Positions 17,133 through 25,806 of a stretch of DNA of 31,824 nt are shown here, piece after piece (the first letter of the stretch is position 1; each line of letters begins with the position of its first letter). The stretch covers positions 1 through 31,824 of the forward strand of contig CAYOXR010000421.1 of NCBI GenBank assembly GCA_964407955.1, given 5' to 3'. The translations under genes were made by a program, and so were the position numbers. Source of the DNA: an uncultured bacterium. Its GTDB lineage: Bacteria; Deinococcota; Deinococci; Deinococcales; Trueperaceae. The notes under the pieces were generated by a model, which was not told the origin of the DNA, did not search any database, and saw only the letters and a list, made by a program, of their open reading frames with translations.

Positions 17133-17399
17133 GTGATCCGCATCCTCGACGCGCAGCCCAGCCTGTTCGATGCGTCGCGCGATGCGTCGCGGCTGGTCGA
17201 ACGGCGGCTGTCTTCGGGCGTCACCGTGCAGCTGCGGCTCGAACCGCTGCCGGGCGAGCGCGTGCGGGTGACCGAGTATCGTCGGCGAGCGAACGACGCC
17301 GCCCGCTGGAAGCGCCGTCGTGAGGAGGAAGGCCGGACCTGCGCGTTCGAGGCGCTCGCGCTGGAGCTGCCGTTCGGCGCGCTCTTCGACCGTCTCTGA
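17133..17399 (+). CDS. Small basic hypothetical protein (88 aa)
   Basis: Fills the gap between two + strand genes, has leaderless -10 spacing and shows a beta-hairpin-like pattern (VTVQLRLEP, RVRVTEYRRR). Confidence 0.6.
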   Translation: MIRILDAQPSLFDASRDASRLVERRLSSGVTVQLRLEPLPGERVRVTEYRRRANDAARWKRRREEEGRTCAFEALALELPFGALFDRL

Positions 17400-17483
17400 A
17401 GGCCGGAGCCCCGGCGGCTAGCGACCGAAGCAGCGGCGCCGAGGCGCGTCCCTTGCACCGTCACGAGAGAGGAGTCCTGCGAA

Positions 17484-18407
17484 ATGGCACGTGCTGTGAG
17501 ATTCACCGAGTACGGTGGCATCGACGTGCTGCGGGTGGTCGACGTCGAGCCCCCCGAGACGAGCGACGACCAGGTGCTGGTGCGCGTGAAGGCGGCCGGC
17601 ATCAACCCCGGCGAGGCCTCCATCCGGGAAGGGCGAATGCACGCACGCTTCCCCGCCACCTTTCCGTCCGGCGAGGGCAGCGACCTGGCGGGCGTGGTCG
17701 AGGCCGTGGGCCGCAACGTCACCGGCATCGTGGTCGGCGACGAGGTGGTGGGCTTCACCCACAGCCGTGCCAGCCATGCCGAGCTCGTCGCCGTCGACGC
17801 CGACAAGGTGGTGCACAAGCCCGCGAGCGTGTCCTGGGAGGCAGCCGGCGCGCTGTTCGTGGCCGGCACCACCGCCTACGCGACGGTGCGCGCCGTCGGC
17901 CTCGAAGCAGGCGACACCGTGGCGATCTCGGCGGCCGCCGGCGGCGTCGGCACGCTGGCCGTGCAGCTCGCGCGAAACCTGGGCGCACGCGTCATCGGCC
18001 TGGCGAGCCCGCCGCACCACGCCTGGCTCCGCGATCACGACATCCTGCCCGTCGCCTACGGAGACGGGGTGGCGGCGCGCATCCGCGAGGCCGCCGCCGG
18101 CCCGGTCGACGCCTTCATAGACTGCTTCGGGGCGGACTACGTACGCCTCGCCGTCGAGGGCCTCGGCGTCGCCCCGGAGCGCGTCGACACCATCGCCAAC
18201 TTCGCGGCCCGGGAGCGCTACGGCGTGAAGACCGAGGGCAGCGCCACCGCCGCCAGCGGGGAGGTCCTCGAGGAGCTGGTCGCGCTGGTCGCTGCGGGCA
18301 GGCTGGAGGTGCCGATCGCCGGGGTCTATTCGTTACACGACGTGCGTGAAGCCTATCGCGAGCTCGAGCAGCGCCACACGCTGGGCAAGATCGTGCTGCG
18401 TCCCTGA
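17484..18407 (+). CDS. NADP-dependent oxidoreductase, MDR/quinone oxidoreductase family
   Basis: VLVRVKAAGINPGE, GSDLAGVVEAVG, AAAGGVG nucleotide-binding loop and C-terminal GKIVL. SD GAGAGGAG. Confidence 0.9.
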   Translation: MARAVRFTEYGGIDVLRVVDVEPPETSDDQVLVRVKAAGINPGEASIREGRMHARFPATFPSGEGSDLAGVVEAVGRNVTGIVVGDEVVGFTHSRASHAELVAVDADKVVHKPASVSWEAAGALFVAGTTAYATVRAVGLEAGDTVAISAAAGGVGTLAVQLARNLGARVIGLASPPHHAWLRDHDILPVAYGDGVAARIREAAAGPVDAFIDCFGADYVRLAVEGLGVAPERVDTIANFAARERYGVKTEGSATAASGEVLEELVALVAAGRLEVPIAGVYSLHDVREAYRELEQRHTLGKIVLRP

Positions 18408-18532
18408 GCGGGCAGCGCCGCTCGCCTCAGGTGTCCTGACCTCGGCGGGCCGGCGGCCGACGCGGCACGCCGGCGCCGCGCGCGGTCTCGGTCGCGCATG
18501 CCGGTCGAGACGAGTGCCATGGCGCGGTTGCC

Positions 18533-18979
18533 TCAGTCTCCCCCGGCGTCCCCTCGCGCGGCGAGCAGGTCGCGGATCTCGGTCAGCAGGCGCTCCTCGG
18601 CCGGCACGGCCGGGGCGGCGGCTTCGACGGGTTTCGGCCGTTCCAGGCGCCGCTTCATGGCATTGAAGGCGCGCACCACCATGAACAGGGCCCAGGCGAT
18701 GATCAGGAAGTTCACGAGCGTGTTCAGGAAGGCTCCATACTGGATGACCGGCGCACCGGCTGCCACCGCGGCCTTGACCGACGGGTAGCTCCCCGCCCCC
18801 TTGAGCACGACCCCCAGGTTGCTGAAGTCCACCCCGCCCACCAGCACACCGATCACCGGCATGATGGCCTGGTTGACGAGCGAGGACGTGATGGCCCCGA
18901 ACGCAGCGCCGATGACGACGGCCACGGCCAGGTCGAGCACGTTTCCACGCGCGATGAATTCCCTGAACTCCTTGAGCAT
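18533..18979 (-). CDS. mscL: Large-conductance mechanosensitive channel
   Basis: MLKEFREFIARGNVLDLAVAVVIGAAFGAITSSLV...YGAFLNTLVNFLII...LLTEIRDLL. SD GGAGG. Confidence 0.97.
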   Translation of the reverse strand: MLKEFREFIARGNVLDLAVAVVIGAAFGAITSSLVNQAIMPVIGVLVGGVDFSNLGVVLKGAGSYPSVKAAVAAGAPVIQYGAFLNTLVNFLIIAWALFMVVRAFNAMKRRLERPKPVEAAAPAVPAEERLLTEIRDLLAARGDAGGD

Positions 18980-19185
18980 GGCGACCCTCCCTTGAACGGC
19001 CGCGCCTCGGCGCGACGCTGCACCACTCACCAACGAGCGTAGACCGTGACGCTCGCCAACGGAAGAACCCGTGGCACGGAAGCGGGCAACGGCGACCCGG
19101 GAGGGCAGCAGGGCGGCCGCCCCGCGACCGTCCAAGACGAGGCGGGCCCAGCCGGCGGATCCGGCGGCAGGGGGCAAACGCCACC

Positions 19186-19214
19186 TCGCCAGCGGCCCGG
19201 CCGCTGGCTACAAT
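19186..19214 (+). promoter_or_regulatory. Probable promoter of the three-gene module
   Basis: TCGCCA, 17-nt spacer, TACAAT (19209-19214). Confidence 0.45.
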
Positions 19215-19247
19215 GCCCCTGGAGCGGCCCGTAAGGGAGTGTCGACC

Positions 19248-20429
19248 ATGGCCGACGTCAACGGGTCCCCTCTGCAGTACCTGGACCGTGCACTGGGCAC
19301 GATCCGCGGCCTCGGGCTGATGCCCGAGCGCGGCGAGCGCCAGGAAGCCCCCATCACCGCCCTCGTCAAACGCATCAGCAACCTCGATGAGGACAAGGTG
19401 GTGTCCATCGCGCGCACCCTGAACCAGGCCACGCTGTTCAACGACGTGGTGCGCCAGCAGGTCGCCAGCATGGACGTCGCCACCCGCTACGAGCGCATCA
19501 CCAGCGCCTTCGACAGCATCCGCGACGATGCTCGCCGCATGGTCGAGCAGATCGAGGACGGCAAGCTCAACACCTTCGAGCGACTGGCCAACGTGTGGAT
19601 GAAGGTAACGCGCGGGGACGTCGCGTCGCGCTTCGATGCCATCAAGCACACCTTCCTCGAGGTAACCGACGCGACGCTGGGCCAGGTCGACAGGGAGCGG
19701 CGGATCCTGGACGCCTACCAGGACTTCCGGGGGGCCATGAAGGGCTCGGAGGTGCTTGCGCTGGAGGTGCTGAAGCTGGCCGACGACGAGCTGGCCGGCG
19801 CCCGGGATGCGGTCACCGCCGCAGTGCAGGCGGTCGACGGCGCCGGCGCGGACGACCTCACCGAGCGCGCCCGGCTGGAGCTGGCGCGCGACGAAGCCGT
19901 CCGCGCCTTGCAGGCCTCCGAGGATCGCTACCAGATCGCCAAGGACCTCTCCGACAACCTCACCGTCGGCTACCACACGTCCGAGGTGATCATGGCGCGA
20001 CTGCTGCAGACGACGAACGCCAAGGAGCGGCTGCACGCCCAGGCGGTGAGCTTCTTCGCCACGAACGAGACGGTGCTCACGGCATTGAGCGCGTCGTTCA
20101 CGGGGATCTTCGGGCTGCATGAGAGCACCCGCACGGTGGAGGCGATGAAGGAGGGGATGAGCCGTTCGCTCGAGACGCTCGCCGACATCGGCGGGCAGGT
20201 CCAGGAAGCGGCCATCCGCGCCGGCTACGGGCCGACCATCCGAGCCGACGCGGTCAAGAAGCTGGTGGACTCCGTCGTCGCGTTCCAGACTCGCTCGCGC
20301 GAGCTCATCGCCGAGATGCGCGAGCGCAGCACCGCCAACGCCAAGGAGATCCGTGACGTGGTGGAGGACGGCAAGCGCCGCCTTGCCCGGCTCGCCGAGC
20401 AGGGTGAGGCGCCGGCCCTGACGGCATGA
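19248..20429 (+). CDS. All-helical cytoplasmic protein (393 aa) of unknown function (family often labelled cell surface protein)
   Basis: ATG 19248 with SD AAGGGAG. Continuous amphipathic helices, no signal peptide, WMKVTRGD motif. The family label is from memory. Confidence 0.75.
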   Translation: MADVNGSPLQYLDRALGTIRGLGLMPERGERQEAPITALVKRISNLDEDKVVSIARTLNQATLFNDVVRQQVASMDVATRYERITSAFDSIRDDARRMVEQIEDGKLNTFERLANVWMKVTRGDVASRFDAIKHTFLEVTDATLGQVDRERRILDAYQDFRGAMKGSEVLALEVLKLADDELAGARDAVTAAVQAVDGAGADDLTERARLELARDEAVRALQASEDRYQIAKDLSDNLTVGYHTSEVIMARLLQTTNAKERLHAQAVSFFATNETVLTALSASFTGIFGLHESTRTVEAMKEGMSRSLETLADIGGQVQEAAIRAGYGPTIRADAVKKLVDSVVAFQTRSRELIAEMRERSTANAKEIRDVVEDGKRRLARLAEQGEAPALTA

Positions 20430-21331
20430 CCACGACGGCCGCGCCACGGCAGGGCGCACCGCTCGACGACGTCATGCTCGCCATGGACGTGGTCGACACC
20501 CTGCGGCAGCGCCGCCAGATCGTCGAGCACGAGCTCGACGAGCCGTCGCGCGCGCAGGACCTCATCGGGCGGCTGAGAAGGATCTACGCCGCCCAGGGCA
20601 TCGAGGTGCCCGACCGCATCCTCGCGCAGGGTGTGGCCGCGCTCGCAGACGAGCGCTTCGTCCACCGGCCCGCGCCCCCTTCAACGGCCACCACGCTCGC
20701 CCGCATCTACGTCGCGCGCGGGCGTTGGGGCCCGCTGGTCGCGGCGGCGCTGGCCATCGTCGTTCTGGCGCTGGGCGCATACCGCGTGCAGGTCGCCGGC
20801 CCGCGGCAGTCGCTGCCGGGCGAGCTGGACGCGGCACGCGCAGCCGCCATGCAGGTCGCCGCGGATCCTCGGGCGGTGCAGCAAGCCGGCGCCCTGTACG
20901 CCGGTGGCGCAGCCGCGTTGTCGCAACGCGACTATGCCGGGGCGCGGGCCGCTGTGAACGGCCTGGAGGACCTGCGGGCTACCCTGCAGCAGAGCTACAC
21001 GGTCCGCATCGTCAACCGTCCGGGCCAGGCCTCGGGCGTGTGGCGAGTCCCCGACGTGAACCCGTCGGCCAGGAACTACTACCTCATCGTCGAGGCGGTG
21101 GGCGCAGACGGGAGCGCGGCCACGGCAACCATCCGAAACGAGGAGACGGGGACCAGCGAGGCGGTGCGAACGTGGGGCCTGCGCGTGGATGAGGCGACCT
21201 TCCAAGCCGTCGCGCGCGACAAGCAGGACGACGGCATCATCCAGAACGATGTGGTGGGCGAGAAGCGTGCGGGCACGCTGGCGCCCGCCTACCGCATTGC
21301 CACCACCGGCGCCACCATCACCCGCTGGTGA
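20426..21331 (+). CDS. Single-pass membrane protein, DUF6384-like (301 aa)
   Basis: ATGA overlap with the previous gene. LDDVMLAMDVVDTLR, GIEVPDRIL, a TM helix WGPLVAAALAIVVLALGAY, RNYYLIVEAV, DKQDDGII and GAITRW-like C-terminus. Confidence 0.75.
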   Translation: MTTTAAPRQGAPLDDVMLAMDVVDTLRQRRQIVEHELDEPSRAQDLIGRLRRIYAAQGIEVPDRILAQGVAALADERFVHRPAPPSTATTLARIYVARGRWGPLVAAALAIVVLALGAYRVQVAGPRQSLPGELDAARAAAMQVAADPRAVQQAGALYAGGAAALSQRDYAGARAAVNGLEDLRATLQQSYTVRIVNRPGQASGVWRVPDVNPSARNYYLIVEAVGADGSAATATIRNEETGTSEAVRTWGLRVDEATFQAVARDKQDDGIIQNDVVGEKRAGTLAPAYRIATTGATITRW

Positions 21332-21351
21332 GGCGAGGAACGGAAGGCAGC

Positions 21352-22770
21352 ATGATCACCGGTCAACAACCGCTGACATCGATCGAGGCGGAGCTCGAGC
21401 GCGAGCGCCAGGCGACCGATGCGCTGGCCGGGCGCCTGGACGACGCCAGCTCGCGTCTGCTCGTCATCGGCAAGGCACAGGTCGCGGCCTACCGCGACCT
21501 GGCGCGGCTGCGCGTTGCCTCCCTGGCGGGCGGCGCGGCCCTGGCCAGTGCGCTCCCAGCCAGCCTGGAGGCGGCCGAGAAGCGCGTGACGGCACTGCTG
21601 CGCCGCCGCGCCGAGGACGCCAGGGCGCTGGCCGAGGCGATCGACGCGGCGGGAAGCGCGAAGAGCGCTCTGGAGTCGGAGCGGGTCGAGCGGGCGAAGG
21701 CGGTCGAGAAGGCCGCCGCCTCGGTCGATGCGGCCGAGGCCCGTGCCCAGGCAGAGCTCCTGGCCGATTCGGCGTACCGGCAGCAGCTCGACGCGGCCCA
21801 CGAAGCGGACCGTACCGCCAAGCATGCCGAGGAGAAGGCGGACTCGAGCGACCGCGAACTCGGCGACAAGGGGGAAGCCTACCACCAGGATCCGCTGTTC
21901 ATGTACCTGTGGCGCCGCCGCTTCGGCACGCCCGGGTATCGCGCCGCGCCGCTGTTCCGTTGGCTCGATGCCAAGGTCGCCAGGCACGCGCACTTCCTCG
22001 ACGCGCGCGCCGACTACGCGCGGCTGTTGGAGATCCCCAAGCGACTGCGCGAGCACGCGCGTGGCCGGCGGCAGGTTGCCGACGAGGCCTTCGCGGTGGT
22101 CCACGACCGCGACCAGCAGGCGCGCGTCGCTGCCGGCGTGCCCGCGCTGGATACGGCGCAGGCAGAGGCCGTCAGCGCGCTGCAGGACATCGAGGCTCGG
22201 ATCAAGGAGAACGCGTCCAACGCCCAGGCGCTGGCCGAACGCCAGCAACGGCTGGCAGCCGGCGAGGACGACGCCTACCAGCAGGCCATCGACATCGTGG
22301 CGACCGAGCTGCGGAGCGAGGCGTTGAAGAGTCTTCACCAGGCAGCCCAGGCGACGCCGTTCCCGGAAGACGACGTGCTCATCGCCCGGCTCACCGATCT
22401 GCAGCGTGAGCACGAACGGCTCGACACTGCGGCCCAGGAGCTCAAGGCCGCCATCGCGCGGCATCGCAGTCGTCTGGACGAGCTCGAGAGCCTACGCAGC
22501 GAGTTCAAGCAGCGCCAGTACGACCGGCCAGGCCACGGTTTCGAGGACGGCGTGCTCGTGGCCACCGTGCTCGCCAACGTTCTAGGAGGAATGCTCAACC
22601 GCAACGCGCTCTGGCGCGTACTGGACCAACAGCGCCGCGTCAACCCGCCTCGCACGGACGTGCACTTCGGCTCCGGCGGGTTCGGTCGGGGCTCGCCCTG
22701 GGGCGGCGGGTTCCGGAGCGGAGGCTTCGGCCCTCGCGGCGGCGGATTTCGCACCGGCGGCAAGTTCTGA
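21352..22770 (+). CDS. Long coiled-coil protein (472 aa) with Gly-rich C-terminal tail
   Basis: ATG 21352 after GGAAGG. Ala/Glu/Arg heptads, YHQDPLFMYLWRR insert and terminal GGFGRGSPWGGGFRSGGFGPRGGGFRTGGKF. Confidence 0.75.
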   Translation: MITGQQPLTSIEAELERERQATDALAGRLDDASSRLLVIGKAQVAAYRDLARLRVASLAGGAALASALPASLEAAEKRVTALLRRRAEDARALAEAIDAAGSAKSALESERVERAKAVEKAAASVDAAEARAQAELLADSAYRQQLDAAHEADRTAKHAEEKADSSDRELGDKGEAYHQDPLFMYLWRRRFGTPGYRAAPLFRWLDAKVARHAHFLDARADYARLLEIPKRLREHARGRRQVADEAFAVVHDRDQQARVAAGVPALDTAQAEAVSALQDIEARIKENASNAQALAERQQRLAAGEDDAYQQAIDIVATELRSEALKSLHQAAQATPFPEDDVLIARLTDLQREHERLDTAAQELKAAIARHRSRLDELESLRSEFKQRQYDRPGHGFEDGVLVATVLANVLGGMLNRNALWRVLDQQRRVNPPRTDVHFGSGGFGRGSPWGGGFRSGGFGPRGGGFRTGGKF

Positions 22771-22820
22771 CGGGTCCGACCGTGGCGGCCCGGACACCGA
22801 CATGGCCGGCGTCGTGGATA

Positions 22821-23267
22821 TCAGGCGCGGCGCAGCGGCGAGGCGCCCCGCAGGCTCGCGCGACGCGATGCCGCCGTCGACGCGAGGTACACCAGCGCCA
22901 CGAGCAGGGCGACCTGAGCGACCTTGAGTGAGACTCCCCAGGCCTCGTAGGGCGGCGTGCGCTGCGGCGCCACGACGAAGTACATCGCGATGGCGAAGAC
23001 CTGGAACAGCGCCCCCAGCAGCCACAGAAGGCGCCGCTCGAAGAAGAACAACAGCCCCGCGCCCAGCACGAAGGCCGTGCCGGCGACGAGGCCGAACGCC
23101 AGCAGCGACACGTCGGCTCCCCCGGCGGCCTCCGCCACGCGCGCAACGCCCACGCCGATGAGAAGGTACACCACGGCGTTCCCCAGGGCGAGCGCTCCTG
23201 CCGCGATGCGCACCCGAAACCGCGGCGCCGTCCATTGCGGCCACCCTACGTGCAGGTTCGTCCTCAT
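22821..23267 (-). CDS. Small membrane protein (148 aa, about 4 TM)
   Basis: ATG 23267 with SD GAGAGAGG and four hydrophobic segments. Divergent from marR. Confidence 0.7.
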   Translation of the reverse strand: MRTNLHVGWPQWTAPRFRVRIAAGALALGNAVVYLLIGVGVARVAEAAGGADVSLLAFGLVAGTAFVLGAGLLFFFERRLLWLLGALFQVFAIAMYFVVAPQRTPPYEAWGVSLKVAQVALLVALVYLASTAASRRASLRGASPLRRA

Positions 23268-23468
23268 GACACGGTCGCCTCTCTCGCGCGGGTCGTCGCC
23301 GACCCGTTGGGAGTCGACGGCGGCCGGTTGTCGCGTCGCCGTACTATGCACGGCCGCCCGGCCGCTGCCAAGGGACACGCGCCCTTGCCGACCAGAGCCC
23401 GCGCGCCATCCTCGGCGCCTCCCTCGCCGCCGAAGGAATCACGCCGGAGCCCGCAGCGGCAGCGGGCG

Positions 23469-23497
23469 TTGACGGGGCCCTCGACCGGGCATATACT
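23469..23497 (+). promoter_or_regulatory. Sigma70 promoter for leaderless marR-ABC transcript
   Basis: TTGACG (23469-23474), 17 nt, TATACT (23492-23497), 7 nt, in-frame GTG 23505. Confidence 0.8.
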
Positions 23498-23516
23498 TAA
23501 CGCCGTGTCAACTATA
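23492..23516. promoter_or_regulatory. Candidate MarR operator
   Basis: TATACTTAAC-GCCGT-GTCAACTATA, an inverted repeat matching 8 of 10, AT-rich in a GC-rich background. It covers the -10 and the start codon. Confidence 0.55.
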
Positions 23517-24101
23517 AACACGACACAAACTAAAGGCGGGCAGGCGCCGGAGCGGGCCAAGCTGATCGATGACGTCATCGAGTCGCTCGGCGCGGTGCGG
23601 GCACGGGGCATGCAGGGCGTCCGACACCTGCGGCGCTCCGCGGTGAGCGTCGGTCACTTGCAGGTGCTGGTACGCCTGCAGATGACGGGACCGCTACCGA
23701 TCAGCCGGCTGGCGAGCCTCATGGTCGTCTCGGCTGCCGGCGCCACCGGGCTGGTCAATCGCATGGAGGAGCGCGGCCTCGTCGAGCGCGTGCGTGACGC
23801 CGGCGATCGGAGGGTCGTGCTGGTGCGCCTGGCGCCCAAGGGCAGCCAGCTCCTAGACGAGGTCGCCAGCCGCGCCAGGGAGTCGCTCGTGCGGGTGCTC
23901 ACGCGCATGTCCGACGACGACCTGACCCAGCTTCGCAACGGGCTCAAGGCACTGCAGCGGGCCGGCGAGGCGGTCGCCGAAGAGGACGAGCGAGACCGCG
24001 ACGACGCGGACGGCCCGGACGGCTGCCGGCCGCCGGGAGAAGGCCGCGCGCGCGACGGCCGTGAATCGAGGGGGCCGCATGCTGCTGAAGATCCTGAATA
24101 G
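23505..24101 (+). CDS. MarR-family transcriptional regulator (198 aa)
   Basis: GHLQVLVRL, ISRLA, SAAGATGLVNRMEERGLVERVRDAGDRRVVLVRLAPKG. An acidic/low-complexity tail overlaps the next gene by 23 nt. Confidence 0.9.
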   Translation: MSTINTTQTKGGQAPERAKLIDDVIESLGAVRARGMQGVRHLRRSAVSVGHLQVLVRLQMTGPLPISRLASLMVVSAAGATGLVNRMEERGLVERVRDAGDRRVVLVRLAPKGSQLLDEVASRARESLVRVLTRMSDDDLTQLRNGLKALQRAGEAVAEEDERDRDDADGPDGCRPPGEGRARDGRESRGPHAAEDPE

Positions 24102-25806
24102 GTACACGCGGCCGTACCGGCCGACGATTCTGCTGATCGTGATCCTGCAGTTGCTGGGCGGGGTGGCCGCGCTCACGCTGCCCAGCATCAACGCCGACAT
24201 CATCGACAACGGCGTCATCCGCGGCGACACCGCCTACATCTTGCACGAGGGCGCATGGATGCTGGCAGTCTCCGTGCTGCAGATCGTCTGCACGATCGCC
24301 GCCGTGTATTTCGGCTCGCGCACGGCCATGGCGTTCGGCCGCGACGTGCGCTCGGCTGTCTTCCGCCATGTGGGCGCATTCTCCAGCCGAGAGGTGGCCC
24401 GTTTCGGTTCGCCGTCACTGATCACCCGCTCCACCAACGACGTACAGCAGGTACAGATGATGCTGATGCTCGCCTTCACTCTGTTCCTGATGGCGCCGAC
24501 CATGATGGTGGGCGGCGTGATCATGGCAATGCGCCAGGACGTGGGGCTGTCGTGGCTGATCGCTGCCGCGGTCCCCGTGATGGCGGCGTTCATCGGGCTG
24601 ATCGTCACGCGCATGGTGCCCGGCTTCAGGCTGATGCAGAGGCGCCTGGACCGCATCAACGAAGTGCTGCGCGAGCAGATCGGCGGCATCCGCGTGATCC
24701 GCGCTTTCGTGCGCGAGCCCGTGGAGCGCGCCCGCTTCGACACGGCCAACGTCGAGCTCACCGACGTCTCGCTCTACGTGGGGCGCTGGATGGCGCTCAT
24801 GTTCCCGATGGTCATGCTGGTGACCAACGTGGCGAGCGTGGGCGTGCTCTGGTTCGGTGGCCTCCGCGTGGCCGCCGGCACCATGGAAATCGGCTCACTG
24901 ACGGCGTTCCTAAGCTACATTATGCAGATCCTGATCTCCATCATGATGGCGACCTTCATGTTCGTGATCCTCCCCCGGGCAGCGGTGTCGGCCGATCGCA
25001 TCGGCGAGGCGCTCGCCACCGAGCCGACGGTGACACCCCCGTCGCACGGCGTGGTCCGAGCGCTCGAACGCGGCCATCTGCAGCTGCGGCAGGTGGGATT
25101 CCGGTATCCGGGAGCCAGCCACCCCGTGCTCACCGGCGTCGATCTCGACGCCGCTCCCGGCCAGACCGTGGCGATCGTGGGATCGACCGGAACCGGCAAG
25201 ACCACCCTTCTCAACCTCATCCCGCGCCTGTTCGACGCAACCGAGGGTGCCGTGCTCATCGACGGCGTCGACGTGCGCGCCTTCGACCCCGAGGCACTGT
25301 GGTCCCGCATCGGGCTGGTGCCGCAGCGGGCTTACCTGTTCTCCGGAACCGTGGCCAGCAATCTGCGCTTCGGCAAGCCCGACGCCACCGACGACGAGAT
25401 GTGGCGGGCACTGGAGATCGCGCAGGCCAAGGACTTCGTCGCCAGTATGGAAGGCGGCCTCGAGGCGGCCATCGCGCAAGGCGGCACCAACGTCTCGGGC
25501 GGGCAGCGGCAGCGCCTGGCCATCGCCCGGGCGGTCATCCGCCGGCCCGAGGTTTACCTGTTCGACGACGCCTTCTCGGCTCTCGACGTCGCGACCGACG
25601 CTCGACTGCGCCGTGCGCTGGCGCCCGTCACGCGCGGCGCCACCGTGATCATCGTGGCGCAGCGCATCGCCACCGTCATCGACGCTGACCAGATCGTGGT
25701 GCTCGATGCCGGCCGGGTCGTGGGCCGCGGCACCCACGACGAGCTCGTGGCGAGCTCCAGCACCTACCGCGAGATCGTCGAGTCGCAACGGCAGGTGGCG
25801 GCATGA
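24079..25806 (+). CDS. Heterodimeric type IV ABC exporter, subunit 1 (TM287-like)
   Basis: TMD plus NBD. Walker A GSTGTGKT, signature VSGGQ, degenerate Walker B YLFDD and Q at the switch position (VAQR). Confidence 0.92.
   Translation: MLLKILNRYTRPYRPTILLIVILQLLGGVAALTLPSINADIIDNGVIRGDTAYILHEGAWMLAVSVLQIVCTIAAVYFGSRTAMAFGRDVRSAVFRHVGAFSSREVARFGSPSLITRSTNDVQQVQMMLMLAFTLFLMAPTMMVGGVIMAMRQDVGLSWLIAAAVPVMAAFIGLIVTRMVPGFRLMQRRLDRINEVLREQIGGIRVIRAFVREPVERARFDTANVELTDVSLYVGRWMALMFPMVMLVTNVASVGVLWFGGLRVAAGTMEIGSLTAFLSYIMQILISIMMATFMFVILPRAAVSADRIGEALATEPTVTPPSHGVVRALERGHLQLRQVGFRYPGASHPVLTGVDLDAAPGQTVAIVGSTGTGKTTLLNLIPRLFDATEGAVLIDGVDVRAFDPEALWSRIGLVPQRAYLFSGTVASNLRFGKPDATDDEMWRALEIAQAKDFVASMEGGLEAAIAQGGTNVSGGQRQRLAIARAVIRRPEVYLFDDAFSALDVATDARLRRALAPVTRGATVIIVAQRIATVIDADQIVVLDAGRVVGRGTHDELVASSSTYREIVESQRQVAA

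Noticed and set aside
23950-24101. Extra domain at the MarR C-terminus
   Set aside because: Low-complexity extension overlapping the next gene, more likely stop-codon drift than a domain.
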